A stretch of DNA of 30,841 nucleotides. It comes from Octopus sinensis. Lineage: Eukaryota. This document shows positions 10,541-21,300 of the stretch, one piece after another (position 1 is the first letter of the stretch; each line of letters opens with the position of its first letter). Location: positions 1-30,841 of the forward strand of contig NW_021832176.1 in the NCBI RefSeq assembly GCF_006345805.1, given 5' to 3'. Both the position numbers and the translations under genes were made by a program. The notes under the pieces were generated by a model. The model saw nothing but the letters and a program-made list of their open reading frames with translations. It searched no databases and was not told the origin of the DNA.

Positions 10541-10765
10541 ATGTGTGTGTATATGTCTGTGTATCTTGTTTGTCCTCCCAACATCGCTTGACAACCGATG
10601 GTGGTGTGTTTACATCCCCGTAACTTAGCGGTTCGGCAAAAGGGACGGATAGAATGCATACTAGGCTTACAAAGAATAAGTCCAGGGATCGATTAGCTCG
10701 ACTAAAGGCGGTGCTCCAGCATGGCTATAGTAAAATGGCTGAAACAAGTAAAAGAATAAAAGAAT
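10431..10765 (+). mobile_element. CORE-type SINE (OR2-like), headless copy
   Basis: ctactatagcctcgcgccgaccaaagccttgtgagtggatttggtagacggaaactgaaag...aaggcggtgctccagcatggc...gaaacaagtaaaaga. Confidence 0.85.
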
Positions 10766-10813
10766 ATATATATATTATATATATATATATATATATAAAC
10801 AGAGGGAGTGAGT

Positions 10814-10846
<33 letters not shown>

Positions 10847-11213
10847 AAACGCCATTAATTATGCAGACTAAGAGGAATGTTCTGCAATGAAAGAGTTAAT
10901 AAGACTGAAACGTGATTGTTGCCTTCGCTCGTTGGCTTTCAATTGTTTTTATTCTCGAAGGTTCGATCAACTTTTCTTCGGTCTTTCGTCCTTGCTTTCA
11001 GATTTTATATTTTGATCGCTTTAAGTGGGAGTCTGTGTTTACTAATTGCTCCAATAACGAAGGCCTACAAAATTGAAATGCTGATTTCAAATCTACAGTC
11101 AACTTTCTTCGTCTTTTTTTTTTTCCTACTGCTAATTCTCTGAATAATCACAGTTGTATAGTTCATCCGTAAGTAATAGGGCTGGTCAGCTGCTTTTATT
11201 ATTTAATTCATAA

Positions 11214-12748
11214 CACAGAGGAACATTTGCGAAAAAATGCTTATTTGAATTTGTTTTAACTGTTAGTCCTACCTAATTTGGTGGTGATGGGTTCAGAAAT
11301 GCCCTCAGAAATTTTCTCTCATCTCAAGTTTTTTTTGTTATACAGAGATTAATTTTTTTAAATCAGATAATGTCAATTTTGCCTTTAAGTGCAATGGTGG
11401 AAGCACTCCGTCGGTTACGACGATGAGCGTTCCGGTTGATCCGAATCAACGGAACAGCCTGCTCGTGAAATTAACGTGTACAGATACGTGCACCCTTTAC
11501 GTAGTTCTCGGGGATATTCAGCGTGACACAGAGAGTGACAAGGCCGGCCCCTCGAAATACAGGTACAACAGAAACAGGAAGTAAGAGTGAGAGAAAGTTG
11601 TGGTGAAAGAGTACAGCAGGGATCACCACCCCCTGCCGGAGCCTCGTGGATCTTTTAGGTGCTTTCGCTCAATAAACACTCACAACGCCCGGTCTGGGAA
11701 TCGAAACCGCGATCCTACGACCGCGAGTCTGCTGCCCTAACCACTGGGCCATTGCGCCTCCACACTTAAGTTCAATACTGAAATAAGAAATTAACACAAA
11801 CTAGATAGTACTTTTTATTGTTTAACAGATATATTACAAAAAATGTTTAATTACACCTATCAGGATAGATATTTCGTCACTCTGGAGCTTCAGCTACTCT
11901 TTGCTGCTTTGCTTGAATAACTTGCATCACAACAGTCTCTTAGCAGAGGCCAGCAGTAGTTAGCCATCATGCTTGTGTTCCAATTAACTTGGTATCTAAA
12001 TATATTACATAAACTCTTTAATTACACATCTCAGGATATATATATTTCTATCAATCTGGAGCCTTAGCTACTTAAGGTGTGAACTTTATCTTTGCTGCTT
12101 TGCTTGAATAACTTGCATCTCAACAGTTTCTTTGCAGAGGCCAGCAGTAGTCAGCCATCATGTTTGTGTTCTATCTACCTTAGTGTCTTGTCTCCATGGT
12201 ATCGATGTCTTGGTGAACTCTTTCCCCTGGCTCGTCACTTATTGCACTATGATTTTCAAGGAAAAATCCAAATGACTGTGCAGGAAATGCACTTTTACGC
12301 TCATGTTGCAGCTCAGTGCTCGAAAACTGGCTAACAGAGTCTGCACAAGTTCTTCATAATTTAATGACGTCCTGTTTCCCATGAAATCGGACACAACTGC
12401 TGCAAAAGCATTCTAACTTCCTTTTTCAACGTCAGACATGGTCTCCAAAAACTGTTCGTTCTGCAATAGCCCTCTAATCTGTGGCCTGCCAAACACACCG
12501 ACCTTAATTTTCTCATAAGACAAAGCTGGAAACTTCTACTTAAGTATTTGAAACTATCTAAGTGTTCCAACACATATTTTACACACTATGTGGAGTGCCC
12601 CGGCTTTGTCTTGATCACCCAGTTTCATGCCAAAGTAAGTGAGGTAAGCTTTCTTCACAAAATCTGTGGTTTTGTTTCGCTGCCTGGGTAAAGTGTAACA
12701 TCTACAAATATAGCACAAGACACCGGGGTTGTTTTTGCATATCTCTCT

Positions 12749-12794
<46 letters not shown>

Positions 12795-12813
12795 GCAACT
12801 GGTCATATTTCTG
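11214..12813 (-). mobile_element. Chapaev3-like (CMC/Transib-related) DNA transposon, internally deleted and decayed
   Basis: Minus-strand translation gives N-terminal CKNNPGVLCYICRCYTLPRQRNKTTDFVKKAYLTYFGMKLGDQDK..HIVCKIC fused to C-terminal KFPALSYEKIKVGVF..PQIR...GNRTSLNYEELV...CNMSVKVHFLHSHLDF..SDEPGERVHQDI.TME...NMMADYCW, with stops and frameshifts. Terminus cacagaggaaca at 11214 is preceded by TAA (TWA-type TSD). The other terminus was not found. Confidence 0.75.
11396..11765 (-). mobile_element. tRNA-derived SINE (octopus OK / Ceph-type), full-length, inserted in the Chapaev3-like element
   Basis: Reverse complement begins ggaggcgcaatggcccagtggttagggcagcagactcgcgg..ggtttcgattccc (A and B boxes). 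Flanked by TSD ttaagtgcaat (11385-11395) / ttaagttcaat (11766-11776). Confidence 0.88.
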
Positions 12814-12879
12814 AAATACAAAATAGTTATTTCTTTAGTTCTTAGACAATTTTTAACAAAAAGAGGTCTTGTGCGCGTC

Positions 12880-13085
12880 TTTGTGTGTATGTATATCTTT
12901 GTGTTCCCCAACTTACCGCTTGACAACCGGTGTTGGCTTTTTTGCGTCCCCGTAATCTCGCAGTTCGTAAGGGAGACCGATAAAATAAATATCGGACTTT
13001 AAAATAAGTCCTGGCGAGATTTGTTCAATTAAAACTCTTCAAGCCAGTGCTCCAGCATAGCCGCAGTCTAATGACTAAAACAAAA
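12880..13085 (+). mobile_element. CORE-type SINE (OR2-like), 3' half
   Basis: cgcttgacaaccggtgttggc...cgtccccgtaa...gtgctccagcatagccgcagtctaatgact. Confidence 0.75.
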
Positions 13086-13139
13086 CAAATAACTAAATAA
13101 CAAAATAAATAGGATAAACCGAATTGACCAACGTAATTG

Positions 13140-13330
13140 CTCAACCTTCCAGGAACTGCAGTAAATATTTTCCCTCCATTCGCACCCTACTGTCATAGTT
13201 TAAAGATGAAAAAGAAAAAAAATATTGACAAACTGTATCTGAAAATCGGAGACAGGATGGTCGCAGCTGGAGCGCCTTTGATCTCATGTCTGCACGGTTA
13301 GGGCCGAACTGAAGCTAGACAGCAACATAA
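13140..13330 (+). mobile_element. Interspersed repeat family C (unclassified retroposon 3' part)
   Basis: Shares caccctac.gtc...tgtctgaa...ggatggtc...gctgga..gcctttgatc with 21891-22140 and 22172-22435. Shorter pieces at about 10010-10110, 14510-14590 and 24955-25050. Confidence 0.55.
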
Positions 13331-14057
13331 GTGAACAGGGATTTATCACTTTCTCACAACGGGATATGTGTTTAGTCTATTGAATCGACACGCCGGTACA
13401 TGACAGCGGCAGTTATTTTATTGCTTTCTGTCTTCTCATCTCCCGCCCTAATTTTCCACTCCCTAGGGCGATGAAAGGTAAAGATGAACCGGGCAATTTT
13501 ATAAAACACAGATATTGGAGAGAGACGAGTGGTGTCACTTAGTTTAAAGACAAGGGTATGCTTGATAGCTGAGCGTTAATTATTTTCGATTATTTAATCT
13601 CTTATAATTAGTTTATTTAATCACTTCCGTTTATGTAATCACTAGAGATATGTAAAAAAAAGAAAAAAGAAAAAGTTTTTTTTTTTAATACTGTAAATTT
13701 AAGCACGGAATTTTCAATTAGCATGATGTAATTATTAGCAACATTAATAAAGCCACAAAAATGAAAGTCACTTAATTTCAGAACATTTTAGAAAAAAGTA
13801 ATTAAATTTTAATATTCGATATTAAATAGTAGTAACTAGGTAAATCAATCGATAGGGGCAGACATAACTGCATGGTTAAGAAGCTCGTCTGGCCACGTGA
13901 CTTCGGATTCAGTCCCATTGCGCCGCACGTTGGGCAAGTGCAGCGCCTTGTGTGCCACGTTGCGCAAGTGTCTTGTACTTTAGCCCCAGGCCATAAGCAT
14001 GCGGAAATTTGAAGTAATGCTTTGGTACAATGGTAAAATGTCTAATGTTTATAAATA

Positions 14058-14216
14058 GAGGAGTGGCTATGTGGTAAGTAGCTTGCTTACCAACAACACG
14101 GTTCCGGGTTCAGTCCTACTGCGTGGCACCTTGGGCAAGTGTCTTCTATTATAGCCTCGGGCCGACCAAAGCCTTGTGAGTGGATTTGGTAAACGGAAAC
14201 TGAAAGAAACCCGTCG

Positions 14217-14260
<44 letters not shown>

Positions 14261-14494
14261 TGTGTGTATGATTGATTGTCTGTGTTTATCCCCCCTCCCA
14301 ACATCGCTTGACAACCGATGGTGGTGTGTTTACGTCCCCGTAACTTAGTGGTTCGGTAAAACAGACCGATAGAATAAGCACTAGAGTTACAAAGAATAAG
14401 TCCTGGGGTCGATTTGCTCGACTAAAGGCGGTGCTCCAGCATGGCCTCCGTCGCATGACTGAAACAAAAGAGTAAAAGAGTAAAAGAGTAAAAG
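14058..14494 (+). mobile_element. CORE-type SINE (octopus OR2-like), full-length, with internal (GT)n
   Basis: tRNA-like head ggagtggctatgtggtaag...ggttccgggttcagtcc, MIR-core-like ggcaccttgggcaagtgtctt, tail (gtaaaaga)n. Confidence 0.88.
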
Positions 14495-14759
14495 AGAGAC
14501 AGGATAATGACGAAAGGCCTTTGATTATAGGTTATCCCTCGTCGAACTTGACCTTTGCCTAAATAAAAACAATGACAACAGCAATAACATCCATTATGAG
14601 CCAACTAGAGATTTAAGAGCAGAAAACCCTTTGCATATCAGAGGTGAATTGTAAGTGCATAAGGACATGTCGAGATACATCATTATTGGGAAAAATAATA
14701 AATCTTCCAAGATTCATTGTAAACAACAGGAGTAGAAAAACAGCCGCTTATATTTTCTC

Positions 14760-15292
14760 TTTCCTGTTTTTAGTTGTTTCAGTTATTTGATTGCGGCCAT
14801 GGTGGGGCACTGCCCGGAAGAATTTTTAGTCGAATGGATCTACTCCACTACTTACTTTATTTCGAAACCTGGTACTTATTATATCGGTGTATTTTGCCGA
14901 ACCGCTAGGTTACGAAGGTTTAAACACGCCAACACCGGTTGTCAAAGCAGTGGTGCAGGACAAACACAAAGTCTCACACACACACGCGCGCGCACGGACG
15001 CATGTACACTCACACATGCATGCACACACGCACACACACACTCACACACACACACGCACAAAGACATACACATACACATGCACGTACACGCATGCACACA
15101 CGCATACACGCATACACATATAAATGTGTGTGTGTGTGTGTATTACAAGCTTCTTTCAGTTTCCGTCTACCAAATTTACTCACAAGGCTATAGTAGAAGA
15201 CACTTGCCAAAGACGCAACGTAGTTGATCTGAACCCTGAATCTTGTGGTTGGGAAGGAAAACTCTTACTGCACAATCACACCTGCGCCTATT
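14760..15292 (-). mobile_element. CORE-type SINE (OR2-like), near full-length, with expanded internal (CA)n
   Basis: Reverse complement of the family head at about 15230-15292, core at about 15160-15210 and tail at about 14760-14830. Confidence 0.78.
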
Positions 15293-15310
15293 TATGAATT
15301 ATATTGAATG

Positions 15311-15468
15311 TAGGCGTTGGAGTGGCTGTGTGGTAAGTAGCTTACTTACAAACCACATGGTTCTAGGTTCATTCCCATTGCGTGGCACCTTGTCTTCAAC
15401 TATAGCCTCGCGCCGACCAAAGCCTTGTGAGTGGATTTGGTAGACGAAACTGAAAGAAGACCGTCGTA

Positions 15469-15527
<59 letters not shown>

Positions 15528-15762
15528 GTGTGTGTATATATGTTTGTGTGTCTGTGTTTGTACCCCCAACATCGCTTGACAACCGATGGTGGTGTGTTTA
15601 CGTCCCCGTAACTTAGCGGTTCGGCAAAAGAGACCGATAGAATAAGTACTAGTCTTACAAAGAATAAGTCCTGGGATCGATTTGCTCGACTAAAAGTCGG
15701 TGCTCCAGCATGGCTGCAGTCAAATGACTGTAACAAGTAAAAGAGTAAAAAGAGTAAAGAGT
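15311..15762 (+). mobile_element. CORE-type SINE (OR2-like), full-length
   Basis: Colinear with 14058-14494, with internal (TA)n and tail (gtaaaaga)n. Confidence 0.88.
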
Positions 15763-16706
15763 ATATCGTAATAGGCGAAGTTTACTGCACTATTCGTGTC
15801 AGGAAACAGCATGTCTTATGAACATGCTGTGTTAAAAAATGCAATTTGTATATATTAGAGGAAGACGGAACTCGTCCCAGCAGTGACGAATGTCAACGGT
15901 AGATGTGCATTTGTCCCTTGCGGGGTGCAATCTATAATGTGTACTCACTCCCAATTTCGTCACAACAGCTTTATATATAAACAGTGTTGCAGGTAGCTGC
16001 CCCTCTGAATAATATTCCATTATGTGCAAGAGAAGCAGAGTTAGTTTAAAATAGCAATTTCTGTATCACACACAATGTAACTACATCGTGAATGGAAAAA
16101 AAAAACTGCGGTATTCGTCCGAAGATAACATCTCTTCCAGTAGACGCGTTGCGTTTAAAAACTGCATATAAATCTTTAATTTTTCCAATTCATTGATATG
16201 TAACATATATTAAACTAGCGACAGTGCCCAGTTGTGCTCCGGTCAATTAATTCTAAAATATAAACAATCACATGAATTCACTACATTTTTGGATAAATTA
16301 CTTTAAAAAAAGCTGACGTGGTCCGGGAATAATGAGTCATTCAGAATTGTTGTTTACAAGCAGTTCTGTTTTTTTTTTCTTTTAATTTTCCTTTTAGAAA
16401 TTAGTATTAAAAAATTACATAACCCACGATCAATATTCATATTAATCACGGTTTAAATCAATCTGTAACATGTACAATGCAGAAATATGTGCAGTTATTT
16501 TATTTAGGAGTATTTTAACAGTGAAAATTCTGTTGATGAGTAAACATATTTTATGTTCTCTACTTTTGATTTAAAATAAAAACGATTAACGTATTATATG
16601 TGAATCAAAAGACCCTATGTCACACCAAGTTGAGATCATAGACCCTACTATATATACACATTTGAATTATTAGTTTTCTGGGTAACTGAGAAGTAAAGGG
16701 CGTAGC

Positions 16707-16753
16707 TTTCTCTGAAGAAGAGACAACAATCTCCGAAACATATCTATCAGAAA
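16707..16753 (+). ncRNA. Degenerate type I hammerhead ribozyme motif
   Basis: uuucu CUGAAGA aGAGA caacaa UCUCc GAAA Ca uauc ua UC agaaa: 5-bp stem I, intact core, 4-bp stem II, AUC triplet. Two pairs (base of stem II and 15.2-16.2) are A-C mismatches that a G would restore. Confidence 0.45.
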
Positions 16754-17099
16754 ATTCCCAAATATTTTTGGGTTGACATGCGAAGATTACGATATTTACA
16801 AAAGTACTGTAATTTCAGAACGAAGAAAGGCTTCCAAATAAATAACTGTAGATAATTCTACCGAATACAGCTCTCAGATGTTAGGATTTGGGATTTGCTC
16901 AATACTAATAAATATCTTTTAAATATAGATACATATATGAATCTAGTTCAATATACATCTACAGATGCAATGCTTGGACACATCGTCAGTGTTGTAGCCT
17001 GAAGTCATTAGACATTTCTGGTCTTACAACATACACCTTATACAGGCGACCCGACCTAAGTTGAACAAATTTAGGCCTATGTTCAAGTGACATTCTACA

Positions 17100-17610
17100 A
17101 GTCATACCAATTATTTCTCTGTTCTTCATGGCTCTTCTATTCGCTCCTGTAATGCCCTAAGTTCCACTAACCTTACTCAGAGCACGATATGCGAAACCTC
17201 GACAGCCAATCTCCACTGACAAACATCTCGTTCTCTGTCCATTCTTGAGGCAGTCTTCCATCAACTCCCAGCAATTGGTCCTCTTCATTTCCTTTCCATC
17301 TTCTCTTTTCAAGCATGCTTAACCTCAACAAGATTAACTACCTTGTTGTCCTGGAGTCAGAGATGACAACTGGTCTCCGTAAGGTCTGGGTTACATATGC
17401 TAGAAACTTGCTGCTTCTGCACATCGACTTCCATCACCCAGTCTCGTGTACTGTGGTAAGTAATGCCTCGGGTCTATTCGTTGGACTCTCCCTCCTTGAC
17501 AAAGCATATATCTTTGGCTCTAGTGATAACATTTTTGCTGTCACTGATCTCTTTGTTGGTCGCTTTAGTGTTTGTCTTGAGGAACTGGCCATATATATCT
17601 CCAGTGATAG
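17100..17610 (-). mobile_element. Non-LTR retrotransposon fragment with restriction-like endonuclease (R2/NeSL/HERO-like), decayed
   Basis: Minus-strand translation MEDCLKNGQRTRCLSVEIGCRGFAYRALSKVSGT*GITGANRRAMKN matches the RLE C-terminal motif (C.PVEVGCRGF...LGI.G..RR). Upstream sequence is frameshifted. Confidence 0.75.
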
Positions 17611-17990
17611 CATCCTTCATCAAGATGAGAGAGAGGGTGTGTGCATGGGTGTGTATTATATATAAACATACTTACGCACACACACACACGAGCACATAGA
17701 TACATAATAAGGTGAAGAAAATAGCATTCAAATACCAGAGACAGAATGAAATTGCGTTTTGTTGTAGCTGAAATGATTTAACATTTCGTTCCAGTATCTC
17801 ATCAGTTTTTCTACGAGATAAATTGATGGCCCATCGCTCAACCCTTCTCCATTTCTAGAGAAACGCATGCTGCAAATGACACCCTACGACGATCCTGCTC
17901 ACAGATCAATGTAACCAATTCCCATAAACAAAAAAAAAAAAAAAGAATCAACTCCTGTTCTTAATTGGTACTTTTCTAATTTTGGCAAGA

Positions 17991-18230
17991 TATATTTCTT
18001 TATTGGCCACGCAGGGCTGAACACAGAAGGGACAAAAGGGAAGAAGAGAAGGAAAAAGAAAAGAAAAAAGGGTCGGATTCCGATCAAAAGGGATCGTGAA
18101 AAAAAATGGTGGGGACGATCAATAAGGATCGTGTAACACAGAAATGTCAATGTAAAAAGGGAAAACAGATTAGGTTTGTCCGTGGATAGAAAAGCCAACG
18201 GAAAAGACCACGAGAACCTTGGGCAATAGT
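17991..18230 (-). mobile_element. Putative LINE 3' UTR sharing its terminus with the OR1-like SINE tail
   Basis: 17991-18036 aligns with SINE tail 6517-6562, then continues into non-SINE sequence. Confidence 0.4.
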
Positions 18231-18698
18231 GTCATGCAAAAAGAAAACGCATTACAGTAAGTGGCTCTCTTTTTTCCTTTCGTTTTTTTTTTTCCTTTTG
18301 GTTCATAGGATTATGCTCAAGCTGGCTCCGTCATTCACACGTGCCATCCTTACTACATTCACCCATCTTTTCTTGAAATATTCAAGATAATAGACAAGTT
18401 GACGCTGACTGGATTTGAACCCAAAGCACTTAAACAAATGCAGCTAGATAGTCTACCCGACAGTCTAGTAACTCGTTAGTTTATGCTATTTCTATCGACC
18501 ATTCCACCTTTCTGTTTCTCTCAGTGTACAGCCAAAACAGAGAACCAGTGAGGAAATATTTAGAAAGGTAAAAACTGAAGGAATTTGAATTAGACACAAT
18601 CAAACTTTTACCTTTTATTATTTTTTTTTGTCATTGGGCTGTGACCATACTGAAGCACCGACTTGAAGGCTTTTGATCGAACAGATCGAAACCAGTAT

Positions 18699-19095
18699 AA
18701 GGCGGCGAGCTGGCAGAATCGTTAGCACGCCGACCGGAATCCTTAGCAGTATTTCGGCTGCCATTACGTTCTGAATTCAAATTCCGCCGAGGTCGACTTT
18801 GCCTTTCATCCTTTAGGGGTCGATAAATTAAGTACCAGTTACGCACTGGGGTCGATATAATCGACTTAATCCGTTTGTCTGTCCTTGTTTGTCCTCTCTG
18901 TGTTTAGCCCCTTGTGGGTAGTAAAGAAATAGGTATTTCGTCTGCCGTTACGCTCTGAGTTCAAATTCTGCCGAGGTTGACTTTGCCTTTCATCCCTTCG
19001 GGGTCGATAAATTAAGTACCAGTTACTCACTGGGGTCGATGTAATCCCTTTGTTTGTCTCCTCTATGTTTCGCTCCCTGTGGGCAATAAAGAAAT
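18699..19095 (+). mobile_element. tRNA-derived SINE, dimeric copy (Meta-domain / OR1-like), nested in a minus-strand CORE-type SINE
   Basis: Dimer junction at 18931/18932. Flanked by TSD agatcgaaaccagta (18683-18697) / agatcgagcccagta (19097-19111), 13 of 15 matching. The host SINE continues on both sides (18630-18697 and 19097-19270). Confidence 0.88.
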
Positions 19096-19539
19096 TAGAT
19101 CGAGCCCAGTAGTTATTTCTTTTAAAGTCTGGTACTTATTCCATTGGTCTCTTTTACCGAATCGCTAAGCTATGGGAAGGCAAACAAACCAACACCAGTT
19201 GTCAAGCGATGGTAGGAGACAAACACAAATACATACACACACAGATAGTCACACACACACACATATATGAGGTAATTTTTATATCCAACTTAACGATGAT
19301 GTATTGTAAAAGAGCTGTATATTACGCTATTTCCCTTGAGAAGACCTCTTGTATGGACTCATGGTACATAATAGCACAAATACTTATACTGCTGGCAGAC
19401 GAGAATCTGCCGGATCGCGTGATTTCAATGTACTCTGTCTCTTCAGTGACAGGCATCTGGTACCTGCATGCATCCAAATCCTACCGCTAGTGATATATGG
19501 AATTTCAGTGACCATTCATGCATTGATGCTGCGAATAGC

Positions 19540-19960
19540 CAACATGCTTCGTCGAGCTTCTTTCAGTATCCGTCTACAAAACCAACCACAACGCATTGGT
19601 CGGCTCGGGGTTGTAGTAGAAGACACTTATTGCCCACAGTGCCACACAGTGGGACTGAACAGAGAATTACATGTTCTTAAGTGATCATCTTAGTCACACA
19701 GCCATGATGAGAAAACTGAAATATTTTGGACGTTTATTGTTTTATTGCTTTACTGGAGAACTGCCTTGAAGAATCAATCCCAGAATCTATTTTTTAAAAC
19801 CTGGTACTTATTCTAGCGGTGTCTCTTTTGCCGAACCGCTAAGTTACGGAGGTCGTAAACACACCAACACCGGTCGTCAAGTGGTGGTGGTGGTGGACAA
19901 AAAACACATACACACATACACACTTACACAAACACTCTCGCACATATACACACACACACG
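19540..19960 (-). mobile_element. Two CORE-type SINE fragments (head/core 19540-19705, 3' half 19730-19960)
   Basis: Reverse complement of family segments: gaagacact..tgccca.agtgccacacagtgggactgaac and ttttgccgaaccgctaagttacgg..gtcaag. Confidence 0.7.
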
Positions 19961-19965
19961 TACAT

Positions 19966-20335
19966 AGGCGTGGATGTGGGGTAAGAGGTTTGCTTCTCAA
20001 CCACATGCTTCTGAGTTCAGTTCTACTGCGTAGCACCTTGGGCAAATGTCTTCTACTATAGCTTCGGTCCGATCAAAGTTTTGTGAGTGGATCTGGAAGG
20101 CAGAAACTGGAAGAAGCTTGTCGTATATATATGTCTATGTTTGCCCCCCGCCCCGCTATCGCTTGACAACCGATGGTTGGTGTGTTTATATCCCCGTAAA
20201 ATAGCAGTTCGGCAAAAAAGACCGATAGAACAAGTATTAGGTTTACAAAGAGTAAGTCCTGGGGTTAATTTCTTCGGCTGACACCCTTTAGGGCGGTGCT
20301 CCCGCATGGCTGCAGTCAAATGACTTAAGCAAGTA
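19966..20335 (+). mobile_element. CORE-type SINE (OR2-like), full-length diverged copy
   Basis: aggcgtggatgtgg.gtaagaggtttgcttctcaaccac...gcaccttgggcaaatgtcttctactatagc...ggcggtgctcccgcatggctgcagtcaaatgact. Confidence 0.82.
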
Positions 20336-20368
<33 letters not shown>

Positions 20369-20379
20369 ATATATATAAA

Positions 20380-20540
20380 CGACAGGCTTCTTTCAGTTTC
20401 CACCCATCGAATCGATTTACAAGGCTTTGATAGGCCCGAGGCTATAGTAGGAGACATTTGCCCAAGGTATCACGCAGTGGGACTGAACCCAGAACCTACT
20501 GGTTGGAAAGCAAGTTTCTTATCACACAGCTACGTTTGCA
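20380..20540 (-). mobile_element. CORE-type SINE (OR2-like), 5' half
   Basis: Reverse complement of head and core (ctatagtaggagacatttgcccaaggt..cacgcagtgggactgaaccc). Confidence 0.75.
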
Positions 20541-20948
20541 TCAACGAGAAAACTAAAATATTTTGGAGACTTAATTAGAGAATTTAAAAAAATAATTTTC
20601 AGAGATTATTAGTAATAGAAGGCAAAATGAAAGGAAAAAGAAGACAGGAAGACCAAGAATTAGGTGGGAGGATAATAATAATAATTGGACTGGCTTAAAA
20701 TAGAATGATTATAAAAGAATTGTACAATTAAGACAGACATGGCGATTCGTGGCATCAACTGGCTGGGAGCAGACGACACCTGATGTTGTTGATAGTAATG
20801 ACGATGATGTCGTCCCTCTCCCACCCTTACACACTCCTACATATTCATTCTGCCTTGCATTCTGTCGGTCTTTCTCAGTCTCCCTCTCTCTCTATCCACC
20901 TATTTCTCTCTCTCTCTATCTATCTAGTTCTCTCTCCCTCTCTCTTTT

Positions 20949-20949
<1 letters not shown>

Positions 20950-20984
<35 letters not shown>

Positions 20985-21089
20985 CCCATCTCTCTCTGTC
21001 TGCCTGACTTCTGCCCGTCTGTCTGTCTGTTTGTCTATGTATGTATGTATGTATGTATGTATGTTTGTATGTATGTATCTATCTATCTA

Positions 21090-21133
<44 letters not shown>

Positions 21134-21146
21134 TCTATATATCTAT

Positions 21147-21218
<72 letters not shown>

Positions 21219-21300
21219 ATCTTCTATCCGTCTCTCTACTATTTGTATATCCATCCATCCATCCATCCATGCATCCATCCACCCACCCACCCATCCACCC
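20950..21300. repeat. Compound tetranucleotide array (TATC)n/(TGTC)n/(TATG)n/(ATCC)n
   Basis: Direct reading. Source of the YLSI/MYVC pseudo-ORFs. Confidence 0.95.

Noticed and set aside
15944-16005. Minus-strand exon candidate (EGQLPATLFIYKAVVTKLG, ends gga|gtgagt)
   Set aside because: Good donor but a weak acceptor, and no partner exons or homology.
16224-16255. Helitron-like terminus (actagcgacagtgcccagttgtgctccgg)
   Set aside because: Only vague resemblance, with no matching hairpin or CTAG at the other end.
17775-17810. Minus-strand CUGAUGA...GAAAUGUU hammerhead-like string
   Set aside because: Stem I and stem II do not pair.
19405-19455. Minus-strand CUGAAGA...GAAAUC acgc GAUC hammerhead-like string
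   Set aside because: Stem III forms, but stem II is unpaired and stem I mismatches at the core. Likely chance.
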